A stretch of DNA of 60,549 bases from Alistipes sp. (GTDB lineage: Bacteria; Bacteroidota; Bacteroidia; Bacteroidales; Rikenellaceae), in contig JAZNHC010000159.1 in NCBI GenBank assembly GCA_045576755.1, positions 1-60,549 of the forward strand, given 5' to 3'. The position numbers were made by a program, and so were the translations under genes. Position 1 is the stretch's first letter. Each line of letters opens with the position of its first letter. The notes below the pieces were generated by a model, which was given only the letters and a program-made list of their open reading frames with translations, did no database searches and was not told where the DNA came from. Of the stretch, positions 48,158-58,214 are shown piece by piece.

Positions 48158-49003
48158 ATGATAGCGATAGCAGATGGAGGAGCCACAAAGTGTGATTGGG
48201 CTTTTGTCGAAAACGGAGAGATTGTCGAGCGACTCAAGATGGAGGGCATAAACCCCTTCTCAGTTCCCGAGGAGCACATTCGCGAGGTCGTAGAGCGCGA
48301 CTTTATGCCCATAGCCTCGCGTTACAACATATCGCACATCTGGTTCTATGGCGCAGGATGCGGCTTCGGAGGGGATATTATCAAACGCGTGCTTGCGCAA
48401 CTCCTCCCTTCGACAGAGATCTTTGTCGGCTCGGATATCGACGGAGCCGCCAAGGCTTGCTGTCCCGACGGCACAGGCATTGTCTGCATCCTCGGCACGG
48501 GAGTAAGTTCGATGCAGATCGAAAACGGAATCTGCACCAAGCGTCTGCCGGGTCCCGGATTTATATTGGGCGACGAGGGTAGCGGAACGGTTATGGGACG
48601 TATGTTGCTTTCGGACTTTATCTACAATCAGTTGCCTGAGCACCTCCACGCGCTCTTTACCGAGGAGTTCAGCATCACCGTTCCGGAGATTATCGACAGT
48701 ACCTACCACAAACCCGCAGTAAACCGCTTTTTCAGTTCGTTCACACCATTCCTCTCGCGACATATCGAGGAGGCGTATTGCCAAAATATCGTACGCTACA
48801 ACTTCGAGATGTTGGCAAAGCGCAACCTGTGTCAATACGACGTGGAACGCCTTTCGGTGAACTTTGTGGGCTCGGTAGGTGCGGTGTTCGAGGATATTCT
48901 AACCGAGGTACTCGAGCTGCACGGAATACGAAAGGGTGTTATTGTGCGCTCACCAATAGAGAACTTGGTAAAAAACCTAACTATAGAATTAAGTAGAATA
49001 TAA
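48158..49003 (+). CDS. BadF-type sugar kinase (MurK/N-acetylglucosamine kinase-like)
   Basis: ADGGATKCDW, FYGAGC, ILGTG, GFILGDEGSG, FVGS. Confidence 0.85.
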   Translation: MIAIADGGATKCDWAFVENGEIVERLKMEGINPFSVPEEHIREVVERDFMPIASRYNISHIWFYGAGCGFGGDIIKRVLAQLLPSTEIFVGSDIDGAAKACCPDGTGIVCILGTGVSSMQIENGICTKRLPGPGFILGDEGSGTVMGRMLLSDFIYNQLPEHLHALFTEEFSITVPEIIDSTYHKPAVNRFFSSFTPFLSRHIEEAYCQNIVRYNFEMLAKRNLCQYDVERLSVNFVGSVGAVFEDILTEVLELHGIRKGVIVRSPIENLVKNLTIELSRI

Positions 49004-49016
49004 TCCCTAAAATATC

Positions 49017-51224
49017 ATGAAGCGACTTCTTATTGCCATTACCGTATGCGTCCTCTGTGCTTGCCAGAGTGGAAATGTGGTTCTCGACAACGGCTCGATG
49101 CGACTTGAGTTCGACCACAAAACAGCAACCCTACTCTCTATGACCGATCTCGAAACGGGTTATGAATATCTCGATACCCAAGCCGAGCCACAGCGATTGT
49201 GGAGCATCGTGCCACTTGTGAAAGAAGATGTTATTGCGGAGCCTACCGAGATTAGGGTGAAAAAATTATCTCGCCACGAAGTTCAACTATCGTGGAGAGG
49301 CGACGGAACATTCTCGCTCGTGGCTCGTGTAAGACTCGACAAGAAGAGACCTCTTTCGTATTGGTCGGTGGAGATGTGTGACTACGATGGTGCGAAGGTC
49401 AAGGAGCTCTATTTCCCATACCTCACCAATATCAAGGAGTTCACAAACGAGGAGATTGCCCTCTCGAACTGGACTGGTCGCCTCTACAAGAACATCCGCA
49501 AGAAACGCAAATCGGTGGGTGGAATACACCAAAATCGCCCTACAATGCAGCTCACAGCCATATATGGCGAGGAGCCAAGCGGTCTTTATATCGCCACAAA
49601 CGACACCTTGTCCTACGGCAAAGCATTGATTTTTGATTTCCGCGAACATCTCACCGACTGCAAGATGATCAACATACTCGAGATGGGCGCAGAAAACACT
49701 CACTACAAGCCTACATACGAGTTTATCCTTGGTACGCTCCACGGCGATTGGTACGATGCCGCGCAGATCTATCGTGAGTGGGCCCTGCAGCAGCATTGGA
49801 CAAAGAATAACCGCCTCCACAGCGGCAAGATGAACAAATGGCTGCCCGAAACCGATATATGGGTATGGAATCGTGGTCGCTCGAGCAACGTGCTTACCGA
49901 AGCTGCCGATTTGAAGGAGTACCTCGGCGACTACAACGTGAGCGTACTGTGGCACTGGTGGCACAATGGTCCATACGACGATGCTTTCCCCGAGTACCTT
50001 CCTCCTCGCGAGGGACGCGAGAGCTTCGTGAAGGCTGTGGCAGAGGCGAAGGCAAAGGGTATAAATATGACTCCATATATGAACTCCATACAGTGGGGCG
50101 AGTCGCGCAAATCGTGGAAAGAGCAGAATATCGAGCAATATGTCGCTCGCAAGGCTGATGGTTCGACCCACGCACACGTCTACAACGCCTTTACCGGCAA
50201 CCCTATAACTCCGATGTGTATGTCGCAGGAGTTTTGGCGCGAGAAATACTCCGACCTCTGCGATACGGTGGTGAATGATTATGGTTGTACGGGCGTATAT
50301 ATGGATCAGGCGTGTCTGCACTATTGGTGCTACAACCCTAACCACGGACACTCGGTGGGCGGTGGCAACTATTGGGTGAAGGGCTACCTGAAGCTCGTGG
50401 AGCGCATCCGCGAAAAGACCCCCGACACCAACCCTATCCTTACGGGCGAGGGCTCGGGCGAGGATTGGATGGCACACCTCGACGGCTTCCTCACACTCGA
50501 GGGCAGCCGTGAGCGTATGAGAGGTGTCTCCAGCTCGTCGGTAATTCCGCTTTTCAATGCTGTATATCACGAAAATGCTATCACTTTCGGTAACTTCGGA
50601 GGCTTCACCTATCCGCCTTACGATGAGTTATGGCCGAAGGAGTTCCGCTCACATAACACCGAGACATTGCTACCTGCAAAGTACAATACACAGCTACGTA
50701 TGGAGCAGGCGCGCACCTTTGTTTGGGGCATACAACCTATGATTGTGAACTATCACGCCTTTGCACGTAAGGCTCGACCTCTCGAGATGCAATTTATCAA
50801 AGAGCTGGTCGCCAAGCGTAAGGAGTATAAAGAGTACCTGCAATATGGAAAGATGATGCGTGCCCCGAAGTTGGCAAACGATTACTCCGAGGAGATTGAT
50901 ATTGCGCAGATGTCCACCTACGGCTACAAGACCAAGGGCACAAACCTCTTCCCACACAAGAATAAGGCTCCTATGCTCTATTCGTCGGCTTGGCGCAACA
51001 AGGAGGGCAATATTTTGCTCACCTTCGTAAATATCAGCGAAGAGACGAAGGAGATGTCATTCAGCATAAACCCTACAGAACTTGGCCTGAAGAAGGAGGG
51101 CACAATGCTCGTAAATGGCAAGGTTGTAGAGGAGTGGCCTACCGAGGGTAACGAATGGACAAAAAGCCTTCCTATCAAGGGGTGCTCGACGATTATTATC
51201 GAACTTTTTAATAATAACAATTAA
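49017..51224 (+). CDS. DUF6259-like putative glycoside hydrolase lipoprotein
   Basis: Lipobox LCAC; GDWYDAA.IYR.W, YD..FPEY.P, GVYMDQ, C..P.HGH..GGG. Confidence 0.65.
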   Translation: MKRLLIAITVCVLCACQSGNVVLDNGSMRLEFDHKTATLLSMTDLETGYEYLDTQAEPQRLWSIVPLVKEDVIAEPTEIRVKKLSRHEVQLSWRGDGTFSLVARVRLDKKRPLSYWSVEMCDYDGAKVKELYFPYLTNIKEFTNEEIALSNWTGRLYKNIRKKRKSVGGIHQNRPTMQLTAIYGEEPSGLYIATNDTLSYGKALIFDFREHLTDCKMINILEMGAENTHYKPTYEFILGTLHGDWYDAAQIYREWALQQHWTKNNRLHSGKMNKWLPETDIWVWNRGRSSNVLTEAADLKEYLGDYNVSVLWHWWHNGPYDDAFPEYLPPREGRESFVKAVAEAKAKGINMTPYMNSIQWGESRKSWKEQNIEQYVARKADGSTHAHVYNAFTGNPITPMCMSQEFWREKYSDLCDTVVNDYGCTGVYMDQACLHYWCYNPNHGHSVGGGNYWVKGYLKLVERIREKTPDTNPILTGEGSGEDWMAHLDGFLTLEGSRERMRGVSSSSVIPLFNAVYHENAITFGNFGGFTYPPYDELWPKEFRSHNTETLLPAKYNTQLRMEQARTFVWGIQPMIVNYHAFARKARPLEMQFIKELVAKRKEYKEYLQYGKMMRAPKLANDYSEEIDIAQMSTYGYKTKGTNLFPHKNKAPMLYSSAWRNKEGNILLTFVNISEETKEMSFSINPTELGLKKEGTMLVNGKVVEEWPTEGNEWTKSLPIKGCSTIIIELFNNNN

Positions 51225-51236
51225 ACATATATTGCC

Positions 51237-52058
51237 ATGAGCTATATAAAGATTACAGAGCAACCATCGCTCTACAATGATTTGGAGAAAATGTCGCCAT
51301 TGGAGATATTGACCTGCATAAACAGGGAGGACCACAAGGTGGCAGATGCTGTGCAGGAGGTTATCCCCGCTATCGAGAAGTTGGTGGTTGGTGCTACAGA
51401 GAGAATGAAACAGGGCGGAAGACTATTCTATATGGGCTCGGGAACGAGTGGTAGAGTGGGCATTGTGGATGCATCGGAGATTCCGCCTACATACGGAATG
51501 CCCGCATCGCTTGTGGTAGGCATTATCGCAGGTGGCGACTCGGCTATACGTCGCGCCATAGAGGGTGCCGAGGATAATGCCGAGCAGGGTTGGAAGGATC
51601 TCGAAGCGTTCGATGTGACCGATAAAGATACCCTCGTAGGTGTGGCTGCATCGGGTACCACCCCATACGTTATTGGAGCTATTAAGGAGGCTCGCAAACG
51701 TGGCCTTTTGACCGCCTGCATCACATCAAATCCGGGATCTCCTATCACCGAGGTTGCCGAGATTCCTATAACTCCGGTTGTCGGTCCCGAGTTCGTTACC
51801 GGATCGTCGCGCATGAAGTCGGGAACATCGCAGAAGCTTATCTGCAATATGATTACCACCTCGATTATGATCGGCTTGGGTCGTGTGCGCGGCAATAAGA
51901 TGGTCAACATGCAGCTCTCAAATCAGAAGTTGGTAGATCGCGGAACCCGAATGTTGGTCGAGGAGTTGGGACTGCCATACGAAGAGGCGAAGGCTCTGTT
52001 GCTTATCCACGGTGAGGTACAGAAGGCGGTGGATGCCTACAAAAATCAGAAGCTTTAA
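51237..52058 (+). CDS. murQ: N-acetylmuramic acid 6-phosphate etherase
   Basis: GSGTSGR.G..DASE..PT, AASGTTPY, GPEFVTGSSRMKSGT. Confidence 0.95.
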   Translation: MSYIKITEQPSLYNDLEKMSPLEILTCINREDHKVADAVQEVIPAIEKLVVGATERMKQGGRLFYMGSGTSGRVGIVDASEIPPTYGMPASLVVGIIAGGDSAIRRAIEGAEDNAEQGWKDLEAFDVTDKDTLVGVAASGTTPYVIGAIKEARKRGLLTACITSNPGSPITEVAEIPITPVVGPEFVTGSSRMKSGTSQKLICNMITTSIMIGLGRVRGNKMVNMQLSNQKLVDRGTRMLVEELGLPYEEAKALLLIHGEVQKAVDAYKNQKL

Positions 52059-52110
52059 TGGGCGACGAGCGGTTTTTCACTATACCTTCAACCCTCCCCA
52101 ACACAAAAAC

Positions 52111-52139
52111 AGAGGCGCAGCCGAATTGGTTGCGCCTCT
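52111..52139. terminator. Terminator between convergent operons
   Basis: AGAGGCGCAGCC-GAATT-GGTTGCGCCTCT. Confidence 0.85.
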
Positions 52140-52165
52140 ATTGATTATTTACAAAAGGTATTAGA

Positions 52166-52636
52166 CTAATAGTTAGTCACCTTGTATGCACCGTAGGACA
52201 ACTTCAAGGCATTAGCACGACGAAGCTCCTGCTTAACGTCGGCGATAACACCCATCTTGGTATTTTGGTCCGCCTTCAAACAGATGGTCATCTGCGCGCG
52301 GTCCGACTCACTCAAGTTGTCGCGCTCACCGGCAACGAAGTCCAAGATGTCCTTGGTTGTCTTGTACGAGTCGTTCAACTGAATACGCGGAGCTGTACCA
52401 AACTTAGCCTGTCTGCTCACAACCGGAACACCGATGTGAATAAACGACACCAAATTCTTCTTTTCGAGCTTCTGCACCTCGGTAGCCTCAGGCAGCTTGT
52501 AACTTACGAGCAACTCCTGATCGCGCATCGAAGTCGAGAGCATAAAGAAGAACAAGATAATATACACAACGTCGGGCAACGATGTTGTAGACATCGCAGG
52601 CACTGAGCGCTCGCCCTTTTTCTTCATTACTGCCAT
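52166..52636 (-). CDS. exbD: Biopolymer transporter ExbD
   Basis: SLPD.V...LFFFM, LKAD...KMG. Confidence 0.88.
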   Translation of the reverse strand: MAVMKKKGERSVPAMSTTSLPDVVYIILFFFMLSTSMRDQELLVSYKLPEATEVQKLEKKNLVSFIHIGVPVVSRQAKFGTAPRIQLNDSYKTTKDILDFVAGERDNLSESDRAQMTICLKADQNTKMGVIADVKQELRRANALKLSYGAYKVTNY

Positions 52637-52637
52637 A

Positions 52638-53228
52638 CTATCTAATCTTTTTACGCGGCTCTGCCTCCGAAATCTTCATTGGAATTGCCTTGGTTATTAC
52701 TTTGCGCTCATCCTCGCCGAGATCGTTAAACTTCTTGCCAAACTTTGCCATGGCAACCTCGTCACGCACCTCGTTGAATGCTCGGGTAAGCTCGTTCTGC
52801 ACCTGCATATAGACCTGATAACTTGTATCACGGGTGTTCTGCAACGAAACCACGCCCTCACTAACAGGATATGACCACTTCGAACCGTCAGGCATATCGA
52901 TATTGGTCATCTTCTTCTCGGGAAGGTCCTTGTCGTCGTTAGCATTGAGGATAAACTCCTTAGTCTTATCCTTCAAGGCGTTCAACGAAATAACCTTGCC
53001 TCCTGCCATAATGCTACCCGAGCCGGACACGAATACCAGGAGAAGGTTTCGCTCCTTCACCTTGATATCCTCCTGCTTTACCTTCGGGTCTGCCATCGGT
53101 GGCAACATACGCACCAAACCTGTGTCGATATCCATTGTGGAAACCACAAGGAAGAAGATCAGCACGGTGAATGCGATATCCGCTTGCGATGAGGCATTGA
53201 TTTCAGGTATATTCTTATTTTTAGCCAT
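52638..53228 (-). CDS. exbD: Biopolymer transporter ExbD
   Basis: PEINASS.ADIAF...IFFLV, LPP, ISEAEP. Confidence 0.88.
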   Translation of the reverse strand: MAKNKNIPEINASSQADIAFTVLIFFLVVSTMDIDTGLVRMLPPMADPKVKQEDIKVKERNLLLVFVSGSGSIMAGGKVISLNALKDKTKEFILNANDDKDLPEKKMTNIDMPDGSKWSYPVSEGVVSLQNTRDTSYQVYMQVQNELTRAFNEVRDEVAMAKFGKKFNDLGEDERKVITKAIPMKISEAEPRKKIR

Positions 53229-53243
53229 AAATACTCTTTACCT

Positions 53244-53678
53244 CTACTTAATTACTCGGCGAACAAGTCCGCTAAGTACATCGTAAACCACAACCAAGAT
53301 GGCAATAGCCGATACGATGTATGTTACATAGATTCCTATCTCGGAGATTCTCAACTCAAAAGGATTGTCGAAAACACCTCCGGCAGAGTTTGGCACAGGA
53401 AGAATGTCGTGGCTCAATACCAAACCAACCGATGTACCAACAACTGCTACTACTATAACTAATCCGAGAAGTGTCTTTACTAATCCTGCCGGATGGGTAA
53501 ACGTATCGACAAGGGCGGCACAGAGGACTCCTACCACAGCAAGAGCAAGCAAGCCATAACCCCAAATGAGGTTGTAGCTGATAGCCTCATCAGATCCACC
53601 CGTATAAACTGCCCAGCCTACCAAGCCTGCAGTTATACCGATAAGAACCCACAGCAATACTTTCAATACTGTTTTCAT
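53244..53678 (-). CDS. Four-TM membrane protein of the Bacteroidota exbB-exbD operon
   Basis: Four hydrophobic segments; position between exbB and exbD. Confidence 0.75.
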   Translation of the reverse strand: MKTVLKVLLWVLIGITAGLVGWAVYTGGSDEAISYNLIWGYGLLALAVVGVLCAALVDTFTHPAGLVKTLLGLVIVVAVVGTSVGLVLSHDILPVPNSAGGVFDNPFELRISEIGIYVTYIVSAIAILVVVYDVLSGLVRRVIK

Positions 53679-53721
53679 AATATTCGTTTTGTGTACTGTG
53701 TACTATTCTTTGTCTGTTAAA

Positions 53722-54546
53722 TTATTTCTTGCTATAAGCAGTGAGGATATCTGTCAAAGAGATCGAAGCATCCTCCATCTCATTAACCATACCGTCAATC
53801 TTAACGATAACAAAGTTGTAGAACACCTGGAGTACCATAGCCGCGATCAGACCGAGGAGGGTAGTCAAGAGGGCCACCTTCATACCACCTGCTACGAGTG
53901 CCGGGCTGATATCACCTGCTGCCTGGATCGAGTCGAACGACTGAACGAGACCAACGACTGTACCCATAAATCCGAGTGATGGCGAGAGCGAGATGAACAA
54001 CGACAACCAACCAAGACCCGACTCCAAACGACCTGTCTGAACCGATCCGTAAGATACTACAGCCTTCTCAACTGCGTCGAGACCAAGGTGGTAGCGATCG
54101 AGACCCTGATAGAAGATCGATGCGATAGGACCACGTGTGTTGCGGCAAACCTCCTTAGCTGCCTCTACGCCACCCTCAACCAAAGCAGCCTCAACCTTAG
54201 CGATGAACTTCTTTGTGTTGATAGTAGAGAGCGAAAGGAAGAGGATTCGCTCGATAGCGATTGCCATACCGAGAACCAATACTACGAGGATTGGGAGCAT
54301 CCATCCCCAACCTCCCTCGAGGAACTTCTGCATCAAAACATAGTGAAGAGTGTCACCTGCGAGATCAGTCTCTGCGTTCAAGGTAGCCTCTGCTACAGCC
54401 TCTGTTGCCTCAGCTGCCGGAGCCTCTGCATTCTCTACAACCTCAGCTGCAGGCTGCTCTGCTGCCTTTGCAGGCTCAGCATTCTGTGCGATTGCAGTGC
54501 CGAAAGTCATTGCGGCAGCTGCCAAAACCAAAAATAATTTTTTCAT
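53722..54546 (-). CDS. exbB: MotA/TolQ/ExbB proton channel
   Basis: KF.EGG...M, P.LGFMGTV.G, VAGG.KVAL.TT. Confidence 0.9.
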   Translation of the reverse strand: MKKLFLVLAAAAMTFGTAIAQNAEPAKAAEQPAAEVVENAEAPAAEATEAVAEATLNAETDLAGDTLHYVLMQKFLEGGWGWMLPILVVLVLGMAIAIERILFLSLSTINTKKFIAKVEAALVEGGVEAAKEVCRNTRGPIASIFYQGLDRYHLGLDAVEKAVVSYGSVQTGRLESGLGWLSLFISLSPSLGFMGTVVGLVQSFDSIQAAGDISPALVAGGMKVALLTTLLGLIAAMVLQVFYNFVIVKIDGMVNEMEDASISLTDILTAYSKK

Positions 54547-54829
54547 AGTTTTTAATAAATTAAAATTTTAGTTGTTAGTTATGTATTTTTGTAAAAAATT
54601 TTCCGAATCTGCTCGGTTGTGTCCTCCTCATCCAAAAGCCCAAAAACACCCACAAACGACTAATTAGCAAATGCTTAAGTGCTTTTTTCGGTTCGTTCCA
54701 ACCCGAAAATAGACACATTACAGTCCGAAATATAGATATTTTTTTTTGTTTTTGCAAACACACCCCATTTTTTGCACCGCCAAATTTCCAAAATTCAGAA
54801 CTCGGCTTTCACTTTTCCATTAGAATTAT

Positions 54830-54837
54830 TACCTTTG
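54830..54837 (+). promoter_or_regulatory. -7 promoter element of trxB
   Basis: TACCTTTG(C). Confidence 0.65.
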
Positions 54838-54874
54838 CGGTATAATGGTGAAAAACAACAAAAATTCAAAAAAT

Positions 54875-55801
54875 ATGGAGAAGGCAAAAGTACTTATCGT
54901 CGGTAGCGGTCCTGCGGGATTCACCGCTGCCATCTACGCTGCGCGTGCTGCGCTCAACCCCGTTTTGTACGAGGGAATCGAGCCCGGAGGTCAGCTTACA
55001 ACAACCACCGAAATAGAGAACTTCCCGGGATATCCCGATGGCGTTCAAGGTACCGAGATGATGAACGACCTCCGTGCACAAGCTTTGCGCCTCGGAGCCG
55101 ATGTTCGCACCGGCATCATCACCGACATCGACACCTCGAAGCGTCCGTTTGTGCTCACCATAGATGGCGAGAAAAAGATTGGGGCAGAGGCTGTTATCAT
55201 CTGCACAGGAGCATCGGCAAAGTATCTCGGTTTGGAATCGGAGCGCAAGTTCCGCGGTATGGGTGTGAGTGCCTGCGCCACCTGCGACGGATTCTTCTAC
55301 CGCAAGCAGGATGTTGCCGTTGTGGGAGGTGGCGACACCGCGTGCGAGGAGGCTACCTACCTCGCATCGCTCTGCCGTCAGGTATACCTCATCGTGCGCA
55401 AGCCTTTCCTCCGCGCATCGAAGGCTATGCAGGAGCGCGTATTCAACACTCCGAACATCAAAGTTCTCTTCGAGCATAATACCGTCGAGGTGTTGGGCGA
55501 TATGGATGGTGTGACGGGCGCCCGTCTCCGCAAGGGCGACGGCGAGGAGTACGATATCGTAATCTCGGGCTTCTTCCTCGCTATCGGACATCACCCTAAC
55601 ACCGAGTTGGTTAAGGGCAAAGTCGAACTCGACGAGCAGGGTTATATCGTAGTGGAGCCGGGAACATCGAAGACCTCGGTTGAGGGCATCTTCGCAGCGG
55701 GCGACGTACGAGATCCACACTACCGCCAGGCTATTGTAGCGGCAGGTTCGGGATGTATTGCGGCTCTTGATGCAGAACGCTGGCTCGCCTCGCAGAAATA
55801 G
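54875..55801 (+). CDS. trxB: Thioredoxin reductase
   Basis: GSGPAG, GGQL.TT, CATCDG, GGGDTA, AAGDV. Confidence 0.97.
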   Translation: MEKAKVLIVGSGPAGFTAAIYAARAALNPVLYEGIEPGGQLTTTTEIENFPGYPDGVQGTEMMNDLRAQALRLGADVRTGIITDIDTSKRPFVLTIDGEKKIGAEAVIICTGASAKYLGLESERKFRGMGVSACATCDGFFYRKQDVAVVGGGDTACEEATYLASLCRQVYLIVRKPFLRASKAMQERVFNTPNIKVLFEHNTVEVLGDMDGVTGARLRKGDGEEYDIVISGFFLAIGHHPNTELVKGKVELDEQGYIVVEPGTSKTSVEGIFAAGDVRDPHYRQAIVAAGSGCIAALDAERWLASQK

Positions 55802-55904
55802 TAATTAATAACGGCCAATAAGGGCAAGTAAGGGCTATTAAAGGCTAGTAAGGGTATAGCGCTCTTCTTTACTGGCCATTACTGGCCGTTAATTACCCTT
55901 AATT
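55801..55904. repeat. Degenerate 10-mer tandem array with inverted counterpart
   Basis: TAACGGCCAA TAAGGGCAAG TAAGGGCTAT TAAAGGCTAG TAAGGG ... TTACTGGCCA TTACTGGCCG TTAATTAC. Confidence 0.75.
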
Positions 55905-55961
55905 GTGTTGCACCGTGATAAGGGTGGGAGTTCCGGAAAACAGAAAAAACTAACAGCAGAG

Positions 55962-56873
55962 ATGATTAGCGTAACAATCCTCGGTGCGGCATCAGCCAAG
56001 CCGACAGCAAGCGGACACCCCTCGGCTCAGGTGGTAAACTGCAACGAGCAGTACTATTTAGTCGATGCGGGAGAGGGTGTGCAGCAGCAGATGTTCCGCT
56101 GCGGCATCAATCCGTTGCGACTACGCGCAGTCTTCATATCGCACCTGCACGGCGACCACTGCTTCGGACTCTTTCCACTGATTTCGACACTTGGTCTTTA
56201 TGGCAAAAAGACCCCCCTTACGATATATGCACCACGCCCATTTGGTGAAATTTTAGAGTGTCACCTCCGCTATTTTGACAAGGAGCTACCTTACGAGGTT
56301 GAGTGGGTGGAGGTCGACACCACGAAGCATCAAATAATCTTCGAAAATCGCACGTTGGAGGTGTGGAGCATACCCCTTCGCCATCGCGTACCGACTTCGG
56401 GATACCTCTTTCGCGAAAAACCTTTACCGCGCAACGTAAACAAGTTTGCTATAGAGCGTTATGGGTTATCTATCAAGCAGATAGTAGCAGCAAAGGAGGG
56501 TGCCGACATCGAGTTGGAGGATGGCACGGTACTTCCGAATGAGCGTATAACCTTTGTGGCACACCCACCGCAGTCGTATGCCTACTGCTCCGACACAAAT
56601 CGTTCGGGTGCGGTGGCGAAATATGTGGCAGGGGTGGATATGCTCTACCACGAAGCGACATACGGAGCCGAACATCAGCGCGATGCCAAAGAGCGAGGAC
56701 ACTCCACCTCGGTTGATGCCGCGAAAACGGCACTTGCCGCAGGGGCAAAAAAATTGCTTATCGGTCACTTCTCGTCGCGCTACAAGGATAAGGAGCCGCT
56801 ATTGGCGGAGGCAAGAGCCATTTTCCCCGAAACCGATATCGCCCGCGAAGGAGAAAAGTACAAAATTGAGTAA
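55962..56873 (+). CDS. rnz: Ribonuclease Z
   Basis: DAGEG.Q, SHLHGDH, HR.PT.GY, YCSDT, HEATY, GHST, GHFSSRY. Confidence 0.95.
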   Translation: MISVTILGAASAKPTASGHPSAQVVNCNEQYYLVDAGEGVQQQMFRCGINPLRLRAVFISHLHGDHCFGLFPLISTLGLYGKKTPLTIYAPRPFGEILECHLRYFDKELPYEVEWVEVDTTKHQIIFENRTLEVWSIPLRHRVPTSGYLFREKPLPRNVNKFAIERYGLSIKQIVAAKEGADIELEDGTVLPNERITFVAHPPQSYAYCSDTNRSGAVAKYVAGVDMLYHEATYGAEHQRDAKERGHSTSVDAAKTALAAGAKKLLIGHFSSRYKDKEPLLAEARAIFPETDIAREGEKYKIE

Positions 56874-56888
56874 TTACTCGCTAAAAAA

Positions 56889-57614
56889 ATGATTACACGC
56901 GCAGAAATACTTGATATTAAATCACTTGCGACCAAGCATGGCCGCGAGGAGTTGGGGGCATTTATTGCCGAAGGCGAGAAACTTGTTGGCGAGATTCGCA
57001 ACTCGTCGCTACGCATCCGTCGCATCCTGCAGACCAAACCAATCTTCGACGAGGGAGAGGTCGTCTCTGCGAAGGAGATGGAGCGAATTTCGCAACTCAA
57101 AACCGCAAATTCGGTCTTGGCGGTGGTGGAGTTGCCGTCGTGCGACCTCGCCACTGTGAAGCCCAATAAAAACCTCGTTTTGGCTCTCGACCGCGTGCAG
57201 AATCCGGGTAACCTCGGCACAATAATTCGACTTGCCGACTGGTTCGGAATCTCGGATATCGTCTGCTCGGAGGATAGTGCCGACTGTTTCAACCCCAAGG
57301 TTGTGCAGGCGACGATGGGGGCTATTTTGCGTGTTCGCGTTCACTATACAAACCTCGCTCAATGGCTTGCATCACAGCACGATACAAAGATTTACGGAAC
57401 ATTCCTCGAGGGTGAAAACATCTACTCTGCACAACTCGACAAGGCGGGCATAATCGTTATGGGCAACGAGGGGCAGGGCATCTCTGCAGAGGTTGCCAAT
57501 GCCGTGTCGCACAAGTTGCTTATTCCACCTTTTCCGGCAGATCGTTGTGGCTCGGAGTCGCTGAATGTGGCGGTGGCTACGGCAGTCATCTGTTCCGAAT
57601 TTAGAAGAAGATAA
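56889..57614 (+). CDS. TrmH/SpoU-family RNA methyltransferase
   Basis: PGNLGTIIR.A, MGNEG.G, ESLNVA. Confidence 0.92.
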   Translation: MITRAEILDIKSLATKHGREELGAFIAEGEKLVGEIRNSSLRIRRILQTKPIFDEGEVVSAKEMERISQLKTANSVLAVVELPSCDLATVKPNKNLVLALDRVQNPGNLGTIIRLADWFGISDIVCSEDSADCFNPKVVQATMGAILRVRVHYTNLAQWLASQHDTKIYGTFLEGENIYSAQLDKAGIIVMGNEGQGISAEVANAVSHKLLIPPFPADRCGSESLNVAVATAVICSEFRRR

Positions 57615-57620
57615 ACTGCT

Positions 57621-58211
57621 ATGTTACTGAAAGATAAGCTACAAAATCATAGACTAATTCTCGCCTCGGCATCACCTCGCCGACGCGAGTTGCTCGCCGC
57701 GTGCGACCTCGATTTTACCCTTGCCGAGAAATTCGAGTGCGAGGAGCACTACCCCGCCGACCTTGCAGCCGACAAGGTTGCGGAATATCTCTCGCAACTA
57801 AAAAGCAACGCCTACCCCCACGCTCTTGCCGAGGGGGATATCCTGCTGACTGCCGACACGGTAGTCATAGCCGATTGCGAAATCCTCGGCAAACCCAAGG
57901 ATAATGCCGATGCAGAGAGAATGTTGAAGGCACTTTCGGGGGCAACGCACAAGGTTGTAACGGGCGTGACACTGCGTACCGTTTCGCGCACTGTGTCGTT
58001 TTCGGCAGAGAGTTTGGTCACCTTCCGCACCCTCGAAAACGAAGAGATTGCATACTATATAGAAAAGTATCGCCCACTTGATAAAGCGGGCGCATACGGT
58101 ATTCAAGAGTGGATCGGCTACACCGCCATCGAACGCATCGAAGGCTCGTTCTACAACGTTATGGGGCTCCCCGTTCAACGTCTTTATGCAGCTCTCAAAG
58201 AGTTGATTTAG
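57621..58211 (+). CDS. maf: Maf-family nucleoside triphosphate pyrophosphatase
   Basis: LILASASPRRRELL, ADTVV, LGKP, DKAGAYGIQ, NVMGLP. Confidence 0.95.
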   Translation: MLLKDKLQNHRLILASASPRRRELLAACDLDFTLAEKFECEEHYPADLAADKVAEYLSQLKSNAYPHALAEGDILLTADTVVIADCEILGKPKDNADAERMLKALSGATHKVVTGVTLRTVSRTVSFSAESLVTFRTLENEEIAYYIEKYRPLDKAGAYGIQEWIGYTAIERIEGSFYNVMGLPVQRLYAALKELI

Positions 58212-58214
58212 AGC

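Noticed and set aside
54547-54844. tRNA or ncRNA in the exbB-trxB intergenic region
   Set aside because: No cloverleaf, T-loop or convincing stems; the 62-aa ORF looks spurious
55801-55904. Possible CRISPR array
   Set aside because: 10-nt units with no spacers and no cas genes
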